Positions 31,960-44,404 of a DNA stretch of 64,000 nucleotides are shown here, in pieces (position 1 is the stretch's first letter; each line of letters starts with the position of its first letter). Below the pieces are notes generated by a model that saw only the letters and a list, made by a program, of their open reading frames with translations, was not told the origin of the DNA and made no database searches. Origin of the DNA: a virus; IMG/VR virus record IMGVR_UViG_2597490295_000013, positions 21,285-85,284 of that record; one strand, written 5' to 3'. A program made the position numbers and the translations under genes.

Positions 31960-32012
31960 GAAGAGAAGATAATTCTCTTCTTTTCTTGACTTTTGAGAGG
32001 AAGGATGATATA

Positions 32013-32822
32013 ATGTTTACAGGAACAGATTTTAGTTATAATGGTATATTAGCTAGTAGTTTTGGATTATTAGTTGTAAATGTTGGAAGTAAAGATTCTG
32101 ATAGACCATTCGGATTACAAAGAGAAATAAGAGAAACAAGTAGAATAGATGGAAAAAATTCTTATCATGGATTAAGCAATGAACCATTAGAATTTACTAT
32201 TACTTTAGCAAGAGAAGAAGAATGAGATTTAGCAACTAGAAAAGATGTTGTAAAATGATTATTTCAAAATAATTATAAAGAATTAATTGATACGGATCAT
32301 CCTACTGTAATATATAATGCATTAATATATTCAGATAGTGAAATATTTACAGTTGGTAATATACCAAGATATATTACTTTAAATATAAGAACAGATGCTG
32401 CTTGAGGTTGAACACAAAGCTATGAATATGAACATGATTGTGATACAACTTTAGATATTCAAATTACTAATTTAACTAATTTGAATATGCCAGTTTATAC
32501 AGAAGTAGAAGTTACTTTAGAATCTGGTAATAGTTTTGAGATTCAATTTGATACTGATAAAGTATTTAAATTTATGAATGCAACTTATGGTGGAGATACT
32601 TATACATTAGTTATAGGAGAAACAATCTATGTAAACAATGATAAAAAAATAATTCTTTCAGACCAAACAGGTTCTGAAGATAAAAGAATAAAGAATTTTA
32701 TTAAAAGCGATGCAACAAAAGAAAGAAGTGATTGGTTTTATTTAACAGATGGAGTTAATGATATTACTTTAATAGGTAATGCAACATTTATAATAAGAGT
32801 TAAATACCCAGTTATGATTTAG
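32013..32822 (+). CDS. Distal tail protein (Dit)-like (269 aa, 4 TGA)
   Basis: MFTGTDFSYNGI start typical of Dit; fragments join in frame; directly after the TMP. Confidence 0.7.
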
Positions 32823-32839
32823 AGAGAAAGGAGAAATAA

Positions 32840-35800
32840 ATGTTAGGAGATATAAATTACCTAATTGGTCCAATAGAATATGAATTAATGCTAACTAAAC
32901 CAAATAAAGAACCGATAATTGCTATCTCTAATGACTATGGGAAAGTATATAATCCTTCAATGATTGCGGTGGATGAATTTAGCTTTAATATAGATAAATA
33001 TTATTCAGATGGAAGTATAAATGATTCATATAATAAAATTAAAGAAAAATTATTAATTAGATTAAATCAGCAAGAATTTTTTGTAATTATTGGCATAGAA
33101 GAAGATGAAGTAAATGGAATAAAAGAAATTATTTGCTATTCTTTAGAATTTGAACTTAGTCAAAAATTTATTCAAGTTTATGAAGTTACTTCAGCGAAAC
33201 TTTATAGTGATAATTCAGACATTCCAGGAGTAATGAATTTAATTAATTCATTAGCGCCATCATGGACAGTAGGAACGATAGATTCAGAAATTCTTACAAA
33301 ATATCGTTCTTTTGATGTAAGTAATATTGATATTCGTAGTTTTATTATAAAAAATATTCAAGAAGCATACGGATGTATTGCTATTTTTAATACAGACGAT
33401 AAAACAATAGATTTTAAATTATTAGAAAATATAGGAACTAACAAATCTTTGTATCTATCTACAGAGAATTTAATAAATGAATTAACAAGAAATAGAAAAT
33501 TAGAAAATTTAGCTACTAGAGTGTATGGATTTGGTTCAGAAGATTTAACAATGAATACAGTAAATCCTAATGCGGGAAAAAGTTATATTGATAATTGGTC
33601 TTATTTTAGAAATAGAGATTGGATGTCTCAAGGATTAATAGATGCTCTTGATGCGCATGATGTAATTGTTGCGGCGAATATCACAGAATTTCAAACTGTA
33701 TTAGCTGAGTATCAAGCAGAGTTTGAAGATAAGTATGGTTCAAATACAAACAATACTTTATTAGCAACATTAATTTCAGGTACGAATATTACATTTGATG
33801 ATAATGCTTCTGATTTAGATAGTTACTATAATGGTTGGGAATTATTGATTGACGCACCAAGTTCAACGAATTTAGATTGTGTAGGTCAAACTGCTACAAT
33901 AGTATCATATAATGGTACAACTAAAATTGCAACGATAGATTCTGCGTTTTCAATTGTGCAACATACTTATCAAACAGTACAAGTTACAGTTATAGATATC
34001 CCAGAAAATCCAGTAGGAGAAGAAGTTTATGCAGAAGGCGTTTATTTTATTTCTGAAGATATCGGTAATTATAGATTTTTACAAGTAACTTTAAGTAAAC
34101 AAGCTTATTTCCAAGAATATGAAATAGCATTAATCGCGAAGCATGCTTCAATAACTCCAACGCAAGATGATTTAGATGAATTAGCTGAAACTAGAACTCA
34201 TTTAGATTATTGGAATGGACAAGTAACAACTTATCAAGCTTTAGTTGATGCTAATGATACAGTACTTGATACAAAAACTACAAGATTACAAGAATTAAAT
34301 GTTATAATGGATATAGAAACAAATCTAACATTTGCGCAATTGCAAGAGTTAGATCCTTATATAATTGAGACAACTCATACAAATACTACGATTATAGATG
34401 AAACTGATTTATATGATGAAGTTAAAGAAATATCTGATAGAATGGCTTATCCTAGATATGAATTTAGTTTAAATGCGGCAGATTTTTTAAAAATGGTTGA
34501 ATATCAACATATAAGACATAGACTTAATACTGGAGATATAATTAATGTTAAAGTTTCTGATACAGAAGTTGTAGAAGTTAGATTATTAAGTTACACTCAT
34601 GATTTTGATGAAGATGGATTAGAAATGACTTTCTCTTCTGTAAATTCAATTCTTGATGCAACTTATGAATTAGCTGAAATTTTAAATAGCACTTCTAGTT
34701 CAGCGAATACACTTAATGTAGAACGTTTTAAATATAAAACATATATAGATAATGATCAAAATACGATTTATCAATTTATGAACAGTTACCTTGATGCAGC
34801 CAATAATGCAGTTAAAGCGGGTAATAATCAAGAAGTAATAATTGATAGAACAGGTATTACAATGAGAGAATTTGATCTTCTTACAGGTGGTTATAAAGAT
34901 AGCCAAATGCGGTTAATTAATAATACAATTGCTATTACTGATGACAATTGGAATACCGTTAAAACTGCGATAAGTCCAACTGGAGTTTTTGCAGATGTTT
35001 TAGTTGGTAGAGCAATACTTGGTACGGAATTTCAAATTGAAGCAGCAGATGGAACTTTTACAGTTGATGATTTAGGGACTGTAATTAAAAACATGTCTTT
35101 AACAGCAGTTAAGGATGAAGGATTAGGAACAGAAAGAAAAATAGTATTAAATGATACAGACGTAATTAGAGTTTCTATTGGTGAAGTTGACAAATTATGG
35201 ATTGACTCTAGTGGGGATTTAAATATAACTGGTAATATTAATATGAGCGCAAGTTCTACAATTTCTTGGGATAATATCACAGATGGAGATATTGAAGCTA
35301 AAGCAGCAGCGTTCGATGGAACTACTTATTCAACGTATATAGGAAGTGACGGAATTTATACAGGTACTTTAATTGCTAATAAAATATTAACTGGTACTCT
35401 TGGTGCTCCTGGTTCAACTTTAACTTTAACATCTAATGTTGTTATTGGTTCAGGTTTTTCAATTGCTTGGACAGATGTTACTAATTCAGATGCTAGTGCA
35501 GTCCTTGCATATGAAGGAACTTATATAGATGGAAATGGAGTTTATACTGGTGAAGTCAAAGCAGATAAACTTATAGGTCATGAATTATATATAGGAGATC
35601 CATTGGATCTTTATACTACAAGATTTATTGAATTTTCAAGTGGAATAAAAATTATTTCAGACTCATCTGGAACAGGGATTTTAAAATTTACAGCAGATAG
35701 AACTGATATATGTTATGATGGCAATTATTTAAATATAGGTCATAATAGCATGGTTGGTGATATTGTTTGTCAAGGAGATTGGGATTTTACCAATGCTACT

Positions 35801-36031
35801 GTATCAGGAATTTCTAGTGGAGTTGGTGGTTCTAATAGTTTTCTTGGTAATGGAAGTGGAAGAACAGTAACCCATGGGTTAGGGAGTACTCCTTCTTCTG
35901 TTACAATAACTGCTGATGGAGATCCTAATGGATGGTTAGGTGAAGTTTGAGTTGGTTCAATAGGTGCTACTACATTTATAGTTTATAATAGTGGAAACTA
36001 TATTGGAAATTTTAGATGGATTGCAGTATAA
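32840..36031 (+). CDS. Tail-associated baseplate hub/spike (Tal-like) protein (1063 aa, 1 TGA)
   Basis: Follows Dit; prophage tail endopeptidase-like N-terminus (ATRVYGFG); C-terminal VTHGLGSTP fibre-tip motif completed by read-through at 35948. Confidence 0.7.
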
Positions 36032-36040
36032 CATAATTTA

Positions 36041-36069
36041 TTGTGTTATATCAGCAATTTTGATATAAT
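36041..36069 (+). promoter_or_regulatory. Dedicated sigmaA-like promoter of the radical SAM cassette
   Basis: TTGTGT-17 nt-TATAAT with extended TG. Confidence 0.7.
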
Positions 36070-36109
36070 ATGTATGAATAAAGAATTAAAGAGAATAAAA
36101 GGAGGATAA

Positions 36110-37606
36110 ATGATGAAGTGGAAATGGATGCCTGCAGCAGCATCACTATTGTTAACAGAAGATTGTAATTTAAGATGCACTTATTGTTTCGAAAAGCATA
36201 ATAAAAAGAAAATGAGTAATGAAGTTGCACTTAAATCTTTAGAATTTTTATCTAATAATGCGATAGAAAATAAACAAAATTATTTTTCAGTTACGATGTT
36301 TGGTGGAGAACCATTATTACAACCAGATTTAATGGAATTTATTTTTAAAAATGGACATCGTATTGCGCAAGAAAAGAAGATTCATTTTTCTGTAACAATA
36401 ATTACTAATGCAACAATTATGTCTGATAAAATTTTTAATATGCTTTCTTATTGGAATACTAAAATAAGTTTAAGTGTTCAATTATCAGTAGATGGAAAAA
36501 AAGAAAGTCATGACTTATATAGAATTACTGCGGCTGGGATAGGAAGTTTTTATTTAATTGAAAAAAATATTCCTAAATTTAAAGAAATTTTTAAAAATAA
36601 TCCAAAGTCATTAAATATTCATGGAGTTATTAATAAAAAAACGTTACCAAAATTATATGAAAATTATAAAATGTTTAGAGAAGAATGAGGATTTTCAAGA
36701 ATTTGGTTTTTAATATTACAAAGTGAAACAGAATGAAGTTATGAAGATGTGGCAATTTATGAAGAAAATTTGCGATTAATAGCAGATTACCAATTGAATA
36801 TTGTTAGAAGAGAAGGCAATATAGATGAAATTCGTAATTATGCGCCAATTGATAAATGTTTAAGTTTTGAAAGAAATTTAAGTAATTCTCCTTGTGGAGC
36901 AGGTAAAAATTTTGTAACAATAACTGCAAATGGAGAAATTTATCCATGTCATCATTTTTATTTTAATGACCCTAATAAAGAAACTAAAATAGGAGATCTT
37001 GATAATGGTCTTGATGAAGCAGCTAGAAGAATTTATATAGATTATGATGGAACAGATTTAACTTGTGAAAAAAATTGTCCTAATAATAGTTGTTATAGAT
37101 GTATAGCACAAAATTGGACAGATAAAGGAAGTATTTTTTCTCAAATTAAGGGAATTAATTGTTTATTTTCAGGAGTTGAGAAAAAAATACAAGATTATAC
37201 ATTGAAAGAGTTGAGAAAAATGGGGATATTTAATAAAAGTAACCAAAAATCAAATAATCCTAATTGTTTATGTGATTTAAGAAGTGGAGAAAATCAATCA
37301 AATCAATCAAATAATTCTGATTGTTATTGTGATTTAAGAACGGGGAATAGTCAAACAGAAGGAGTTGGTTGTGGTAATAATGTAACTCCTAAAAATAATC
37401 AATCTAAAGAATCAGATTGTTATTGTGATTTAAGAACTGGAAATACTCAAACAATTTTTCCAGAAGGAGAAAAGCAAATGTCTTGTGAATTGAATGATGA
37501 GAAAAAATCAAAAAAAGAAATTGATATAATTCTTATTAATCAACTTGCTGAAGCAGTAATAAAAATTATAGATGAAATTGAAGAAATTAAAAAGAAAATA
37601 GAATAG
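36110..37606 (+). CDS. Radical SAM/SPASM maturase-like protein with C-terminal CxCDLRxG repeats (498 aa, 2 TGA)
   Basis: CNLRCTYC; MFGGEPLL; SPASM-like CGAG..GEIYPC..CEKNC..CYRC; fragments 36110 and 36749 in frame. Confidence 0.88.
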
Positions 37607-37615
37607 GAGAATATA

Positions 37616-39100
37616 ATGGGATATAGTTTAAGATCTGTTGCCAATGCTATAGCAGCGAATGGTGGATATGATATGACTCTTGATGCAGCATCGAAGTCAT
37701 TACAAACTTTAAAAAATCTTATTCTTGATACTAATTCTTTCAGAGAAAAGAGTACATCTTTATGTGAAACATATGTGTATGTAAATGCAAATTCAGCAAA
37801 TGATTCGTTCGGGGGAATTTCAGGTAAAATTAGTGAAATTATTGATTGCTCTTGTAATAGTGTTACCCCTACTTGCGATTGTCAAGATAGGACATCTGCT
37901 CCTGCTTGTACGTGTGATATGGATTATACTTGTGATTGTGAGTTAAGAACTGGAGAACCAACTTGTTTAACTGAAATTACATGTGATTGTCAATCTAGAT
38001 TTACTGCTGATTGTACTTGTGATAATAGAGTTGGAGATTGTAGTTGTCAAAGTAGGACATCTGTTCCAACTTGCACTTGTGATGTAGAAGATCCAGATAC
38101 TTGTGATTGCCAATCTAGAACATATTTACCAACTTGTGAATGTAATACTCTTGCAGCATGTAATTGTCAGAGTAGAACAGGTTCATCTTCTTGTACTTGT
38201 AATACTGATTTAGGAGGAACTTGTGATTGTCAAGCTAGAACAGCAGTTCCGGCTTGTACTTGTAATGTACAAGATACTTGTGATTGCCAATCTAGGACAT
38301 ATACACCAACTTGTACTTGTAATGTAGAAGATCCAGATACTTGTGATTGTCAAGCTAGAACAGCAGTACCAACTTGTACTTGTGATGTTAATCCTTATTG
38401 TGATTGCGATACCAGAACCTATGCACCAACTTGTACTTGTGATGGTAGAACTGCTACATGTGATTGTAATACTAGAACTGGTTGTATATTATTGATAGCT
38501 TGTAATTGTCAATCTAGGACTTATGCTCCAACTTGTACTTGTGATTTAAGAACAGGTATTTGTACATGCGAGAATAGAACTAGTGAACCAGCTTGTGATC
38601 TTAATGTACCAGGAAGTTGCACATGTGAGAATAGAACTTATGCACCAACTTGTACATGTAATGCAAGAACAAATACTTGTGATTGTGTAGATAGAACTAG
38701 TGAACCGGCATGTACTTCTTATACAGCTCCATACTGTACTTGCCAATTTAGGACAGGTGATCCAACTTGTCTTTGTAATTTAAGAACAGCTTCTTGTACT
38801 TGTCAGTCAAGAACAGGACAACCTGAATGTGATCTTAATATACCAGGCAGTTGTACATGCGAGAATAGAACTGCGATACCTAGTTGTACATGTAACATTG
38901 ATGCATATTGTGACTGTGAAAGTAGGACTGGAGAAGTAAGTTGTTATTGTGATTTAAGAACAGATTCTTGTGAATGTGTTGGTAGAGGAACTCCTGATTG
39001 TACGATAAATTTTCCAGCATGTACTTGCGAATCAAGAGATGCGGTACCTACTTGTGAATGTGATATTGATCAAACAGCTACAGACATTTTCAGTGAATAA
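37616..39100 (+). CDS. Cys-rich CxC repeat protein (494 aa, about 37 CxC motifs, about 80 Cys)
   Basis: About 77-aa non-repetitive N-terminus, then repeats of C-x-C-x-x-R-T-x-x-P-x alternating with shorter C-x-C linkers; AGGAG RBS; no Trp. Confidence 0.9.
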   Translation: MGYSLRSVANAIAANGGYDMTLDAASKSLQTLKNLILDTNSFREKSTSLCETYVYVNANSANDSFGGISGKISEIIDCSCNSVTPTCDCQDRTSAPACTCDMDYTCDCELRTGEPTCLTEITCDCQSRFTADCTCDNRVGDCSCQSRTSVPTCTCDVEDPDTCDCQSRTYLPTCECNTLAACNCQSRTGSSSCTCNTDLGGTCDCQARTAVPACTCNVQDTCDCQSRTYTPTCTCNVEDPDTCDCQARTAVPTCTCDVNPYCDCDTRTYAPTCTCDGRTATCDCNTRTGCILLIACNCQSRTYAPTCTCDLRTGICTCENRTSEPACDLNVPGSCTCENRTYAPTCTCNARTNTCDCVDRTSEPACTSYTAPYCTCQFRTGDPTCLCNLRTASCTCQSRTGQPECDLNIPGSCTCENRTAIPSCTCNIDAYCDCESRTGEVSCYCDLRTDSCECVGRGTPDCTINFPACTCESRDAVPTCECDIDQTATDIFSE

Positions 39101-39112
39101 AAGGAGAGAAAA

Positions 39113-40036
39113 ATGGAGAGATATGTTGTGCATGTAACTAAAAGATGTAACTTAGATTGTTTTTATTGTTATGAAGATGATAAGAGCAGTATTTATTCTT
39201 GAAAAGAAATTAAATATTTTATAGATGAAATAATAAAATATGCTAAAGAACCTTTTTCTATTGAATTCCTTGGTGGAGAACCTTGTTTAGAAACAGGATT
39301 GATGTTAAAAGCTATTAATTATTTTAAACAAAAAACAAATTTAATTGATAGTTTTGGTATTACTACTAATGGGACTATAGTAGATACAAACTTATTGCAA
39401 ATTTTAAAAGAGAATAAGAATGTTTATATAGGGATTAGTTTAGATGGGACAAAAAATATGAATCAGTTTAGAGTTTTTAAAAATACTAAAGATAATTCAT
39501 ATGATAAAGTAATAGAATCTATTGAAGTATTAAAAGAAAATGGGTTTATAGATAGAATAAGTATTCATATAGTAACTCATTTATATAATGTTTATTTATT
39601 ACATCATGGGATAAAGCATCTCCAATCTTTAGGAATTAAAAGAATTGGAGTTGGTACAATAGAAAAAACGATGGAAATTGATGATATGTACGTTAAAACT
39701 TTTGTTTCAGAATTTAAAAAAATATCAAAAGATATTGCTAAAGGGATAATAACAGTTCATATAGATTTATTAGATTATTTAAAACCAAAATCTGATGTTA
39801 GACATTATATATATGACAAAGGGAAAATTGTAGGAGAAAGTTATGGCAGAGCTAAAGACGATATAACAAATAATAAAAATAATTTTAATATTATTGCTCC
39901 AGGTTCACCATTCTCAGATATGATATATAATTTAAGAGAGACGGTTTATAATAATCATAAACAAATATTATTAAAAGAACAAAAACGAAAAGAATTTTAT
40001 AAATTATGTAATATTATTAAAGGAAAGACAAGCTAA
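39113..40036 (+). CDS. Second radical SAM protein without SPASM (307 aa, 1 TGA)
   Basis: AGGAG RBS; ATG 39113, VTKRCNLDCFYC, FLGGEP, ITTNG, ISLDG; the track ORF (39299) misses the CxxxCxxC motif because of the TGA at codon 30. Confidence 0.88.
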
Positions 40037-40070
40037 AATGCTTGTCTTTTTTTATAAAATATGATATAAT
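40024..40070 (+). terminator. Terminator closing the rSAM cassette, overlapping the promoter of the downstream fibre genes
   Basis: AAAGACAAGC-TAAAAT-GCTTGTCTTT plus T tract; TTGTCT(40042)-17-TATAAT(40065). Confidence 0.7.
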
Positions 40071-40107
40071 AAAAGAGTAAAGAATTATAGATTATAAGGA
40101 GGACACA

Positions 40108-40272
40108 ATGTTAATTAAAATGTCACAAGAACAAATAAATAATTTAATGAGTTTATTAGATAGAGTTGAAATTAAAGGTTTTAAAGAAATACAAGTTATG
40201 ACAGATATAGTTAAATCTCTTCAACAAGCAAGACCAGAAGTTGAGTCAGATAAAGCAAATATTAAGAAATAA
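40108..40272 (+). CDS. Small hypothetical protein (54 aa), missing from the ORF track
   Basis: AAGGAGG RBS; MLIKMSQEQINNLMSLLDRVEIKGFKEIQ... Confidence 0.7.
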   Translation: MLIKMSQEQINNLMSLLDRVEIKGFKEIQVMTDIVKSLQQARPEVESDKANIKK

Positions 40273-40303
40273 TTTGTATAAAAATTTAGAAAGGAGAGAT
40301 TAG

Positions 40304-41452
40304 ATGCCTAGTAATTCACCAAATTTTAGTTTTTTTATATATGATTCAACTGCAGATGAAGCTTCTTTATTTAAAGATTATATTGATCATATGGCTGATA
40401 ACTTTGGTATTTTAGATGATATAATTGTAGGAGAGATTACGGATATAACTCTTACAACTCCAGCAAACGGAGAACTTCTTATATTAGATACAGGAGTATG
40501 GATTAATAAGACTTTGGCTGAAGCAGGAATTTCTGCGACCGGTCATACGCATACAGCTAGTAATGTTACAGATTTTGATACAGAAGTAGGCAATCATACT
40601 GATGTTGCAGCGAATACTACACATAGAGGTATAACTGCGGGAAATCCTCATGGTGCGGAAGTAGAAGATTTAAGTGATGTAACGTTAGCATCAGCTGGAG
40701 ATAAAGAAATGTTAACATACAATACTAGCGGTGGTAATTGAATAAATAGGACTGCGGCTGAAGTAGGATTATCTGAAACGGGACATACTCATGCAGCTAG
40801 TAATATTACAGATTTTGATACTGAAGTAAGTAATAATAGTACAGTTGATACGAATACTACTCATTCAGGAACAACAACTGGAAATCCACATAGTTTAGAT
40901 ATGGATGATTTAGATAGTGTTTATTTTGGAAAATATAACAGTTTAACAACTGATGATTATTTAGTATATGATGGAACAGATTGAGTAAATGGACCATTTG
41001 ATATTAATGCTATATCTGATGTAACAATTTCATCATCAACTGATAATGAAGTATTAGCATATAATAATGCAACTTCTAAATGGATTAATCAGACCGCAGC
41101 AGAAGCGGGGTTAGCGACTGCATCAGATGTTAGCGTTTTACAAGCATATGGAACAATTAACACAAAATCAGCCTCGTCAACATTAGCATTAACAGATGCA
41201 AATGATTTTATTAAATGTACAAGTGCAACAGCTATGAATCTTACAGTTCCACCAAATTCAAGTGTGGCATTTACTATAGGGACTGTAATTGATGTATTAA
41301 ATTATGGTGCTGGAGTAGTTACAATTGTAGCAGGGAGTGGAGTAACGTTGCGTTCAATTGATAGTAATTTAGATATAAGTGGACAGTATGGCGGAGTTAC
41401 ACTTAAAAAGTTAGCTACTGATGAATGGTCAGTTATTGGAGCATTAGAATAG
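40304..41452 (+). CDS. Tail fibre protein (382 aa, 2 TGA)
   Basis: Repeats (WIN.T.AE.G...GHTH.AS..TDFDTEV; DLSDVT); C-terminal LTVP.NSSVAF.IGT...GAG.V..VAGSGVTL fibre module. Confidence 0.75.
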
Positions 41453-41462
41453 GAGGGATACT

Positions 41463-42587
41463 ATGGCACCATTTATAAAATTTGGAACATTCGCGGCACA
41501 AATAACGAATACTTTGATTAAAGGAACCCCTTTAACTATCGATATTTATTCTCCTGATTGAGCACCAGTAGCAGCTAGACTAACAGATACTACTGCTATT
41601 CTTGTAGTTTCTGATGTTCAAAGTCGTGGAGATGCATATGTTATAACAGAATCAAATTTGAGCTTATCTAAAGGAACAGTAGAGGAATTTGCTACTGGGA
41701 TTAGTAGTTGCAAAGCTCCAACTGTATGTACTTTAACAAGTACAAAAGCTTTAACTACATTTGAAGATGATAGTGATTCAGATTATGCTAAAGGATGTGT
41801 TTTAGATATTTCAGGAACAACTATAACTGCTGGCACCGTCCAGACATTTGGATCAATATCCTCTCAGTATCATTCAAACGCTAGAATAACAGATTCTACT
41901 GTCCTTGCTGCTTATGGAAAAGGTTCAAGTGAAGGTGGAGATATTGTAGTTTTAACTATTTCAGGAACAACTATAACTGCGGGAACTATTGTGAATTTTT
42001 CACCAGGAATTACAGTTTATAATACGAATGTTATAATGTTAACAGCTACAAAAGGGATATTATTTTGGAGACCTACAGGTTCTTTATTGCGTGTGCAAGT
42101 TGTTAATATTTCAGGAACTACTATCACTTTAGGAGCAACTTCTTATGCCTTAACAGAAACTGCTGCTTATTTCATTCCGACTAGATGGACACAACCAATC
42201 TCTACGAATGGAGCATTATATATGTATAAAGATTTTTGGGATTCTTTAGTGGTTGGATTAATATCAGTAAGTGGTGATGTAATAACAGCAGAAGATACTA
42301 TCACTCCTATATCAAGTATATCAGGTATTGGCGGAATAGGGAAGTTATCTGACACTAGAATGATAATAGCTTATTATGATTCAACTCCTTTAAAATCAGA
42401 AGCAATATTAATTGAAATAACAGGAACGAGTTCATTAACTACAGGAGATAGTTTAGAATTCCCAGATACTTCGGATGCGAATAATCAAAGTGTAACAGCT
42501 ATAACTTCTAGTGTTGTTATAATAGCTTATGATGATGAGGATACAGATGATACAGAGATTATAGCAATAGAATATACAGGAGCATAA
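41463..42587 (+). CDS. Putative receptor-binding protein with beta-propeller-like (ISGTTITAG) repeats (374 aa, 1 TGA)
   Basis: ATG 41463 behind AGGAGG, in frame with track ORF 41658; repeated ISGTTITxG blades. Confidence 0.65.
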
Positions 42588-42689
42588 AGTATTATAAAAA
42601 TATTATAATTTTAATTATATTTAAAAATATAAAGATAAGAAGACATTTTGTTTAATAAATTAATATTATATATAGAAAGGAGGGATTAG

Positions 42690-44369
42690 ATGCCACAAAA
42701 TACACCTAATTATGGATTAAAAAAATATAGCACTATCATAGATGGTCCAGAAATATTTGATAATTATATAGATGATACATCAAATAATTTTGAAATTATA
42801 GATACTGAATTAAATAGAGTAGAAGTTCAATCTGATTTTTATAAAGCTGGTTGAGATGATAACCAAACTTATCCAATTTTAAGTTTTGATGATTTAACTA
42901 GGACTTTTACAGTAGAAGGGAATGGTGCAACTTATTGGATTAATAATGTTCATTATTCTTTAGATATAGATGCTTCTATTCAAATTCCGGCAATTGAAGG
43001 AGTTCATTTTATTTATTTTACTAGCAGTGGTATAGAAACTTCTACTACAGAATGACCTTTTAATAATGAAGTATGTCCTATATCTATTACTTATTGAGAT
43101 AATACTAATTTAAAAAAGATTGGGTTAGGATATGAATTTCATAAATGAAGAATGGATCCAAGTCTTCATCATTATTTACATGATACACGTGGAACAGTAT
43201 ATAGCGAAGGTCTTGGTGTTACTCAGGTATCATCAACTACAATAAGAGTTGGTACAGGAACTATATTTGATGAAGATATAGAATTAAGAATAGGAGACAA
43301 TATAGGGAGTAGTCAAGTATTAAATCCATTGAGCAGTCCTATTGTTTATAGGATAGGAGAAGATGGAGATCTTAGATTAATTACAGCAAGTACTGACGTA
43401 TGTTATCTTAATCCAGGTCCAGAAATAAATACTTTTAATGGAAGTATTTGAGAAATGACATCTGTAAGTAATAATAAATATTTTTGTTATTGGTTACTTG
43501 CAACGAATGATTCAAATTTTCCAATAATTTTAGTACCAGGTCAAGTAGAAGGAGGAACATTAAAAGAAGCAGATGAATTGAACACTTTAGCAGGAATGCT
43601 TTTTGGAAATATTCATTTTGCAGAATTTGTTGTTTTATCAAGAGTTATGATGTTAGCAACTATAAGTTCTTATTCAATAGTACAAATAGATGATTATAGA
43701 ACTTCAAATGTTGCAAGTTCTTCTATCGTAAGCGAAAGTGCTCCTATTGTAATGGATGTTTTACCAGACATTACTACTAGAGATGCACTTGAGAATCCAT
43801 CTACGGGTAAACAAGTTCATATTATTGACGCAAGTGGAGATTCTAATGTCTACTCTAGCTGAGCACAGTATATTTACACAGGAGCGGTTTGAGTAAAAAC
43901 CAATGAAGATGATATTAATACTTCTTTTGGGACTTTTTATCAAAAAGAAACAGATCCATACAATATGGTTACAACTGGGACAAGTACTTTTACAGGAAAT
44001 AAAGTTGCATTAGTAATAACACAATCTGATATTCAAGGAGGAATAAGTCTTAATGGAGTAGATGGCAGACTTGAACATTCTGGAAGAGATACTAATTATC
44101 TCTTTAATGCTACTGCCACAGTTAGGGACCCTGATACTCCAAATATGAAAATTCATTTTATATTAGTTAAGAATGGAACAATATTTATAAATCCTTCAAT
44201 GAGCTATGGTAGATTAGAATCATTAGGAGCTGCTATGAGTTTAGATGCAGCATCTAATGTAAATATGTCAGATGGAGACTATATAGAAGTTTTTTGTAAA
44301 ACTGATAAATTAGATGGAGAATTTTGAGTTGATAGTATGCAATTACAATTAGTTCAAGTTCCACAATAA
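42690..44369 (+). CDS. Tail fibre / receptor-binding protein (559 aa, 8 TGA)
   Basis: MPQNTPNYGL start typical of fibres; three track fragments plus gaps join in one frame; C1q-like end (MSDGDYIEVFC). Confidence 0.7.
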
Positions 44370-44400
44370 AAAAAATCACCCCTTAATTGGGGTGTAATTT
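44370..44400. terminator. Bidirectional terminator between the convergent fibre gene and endolysin
   Basis: A tract-CACCCC-TTAATT-GGGGTG-T-rich. Confidence 0.75.
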
Positions 44401-44404
44401 TACT

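Noticed and set aside
11423-43943. Other short overlapping or antisense track ORFs (e.g. 11423, 13604, 16482, 17077, 20200, 21156, 23932, 30441, 35032, 38546, 43435)
   Set aside because: They lie wholly within longer genes on another frame or strand and have no RBS or motifs
40304-44369. Diversity-generating retroelement acting on the fibre genes
   Set aside because: No reverse transcriptase and no TR/VR pair differing at adenines in this window
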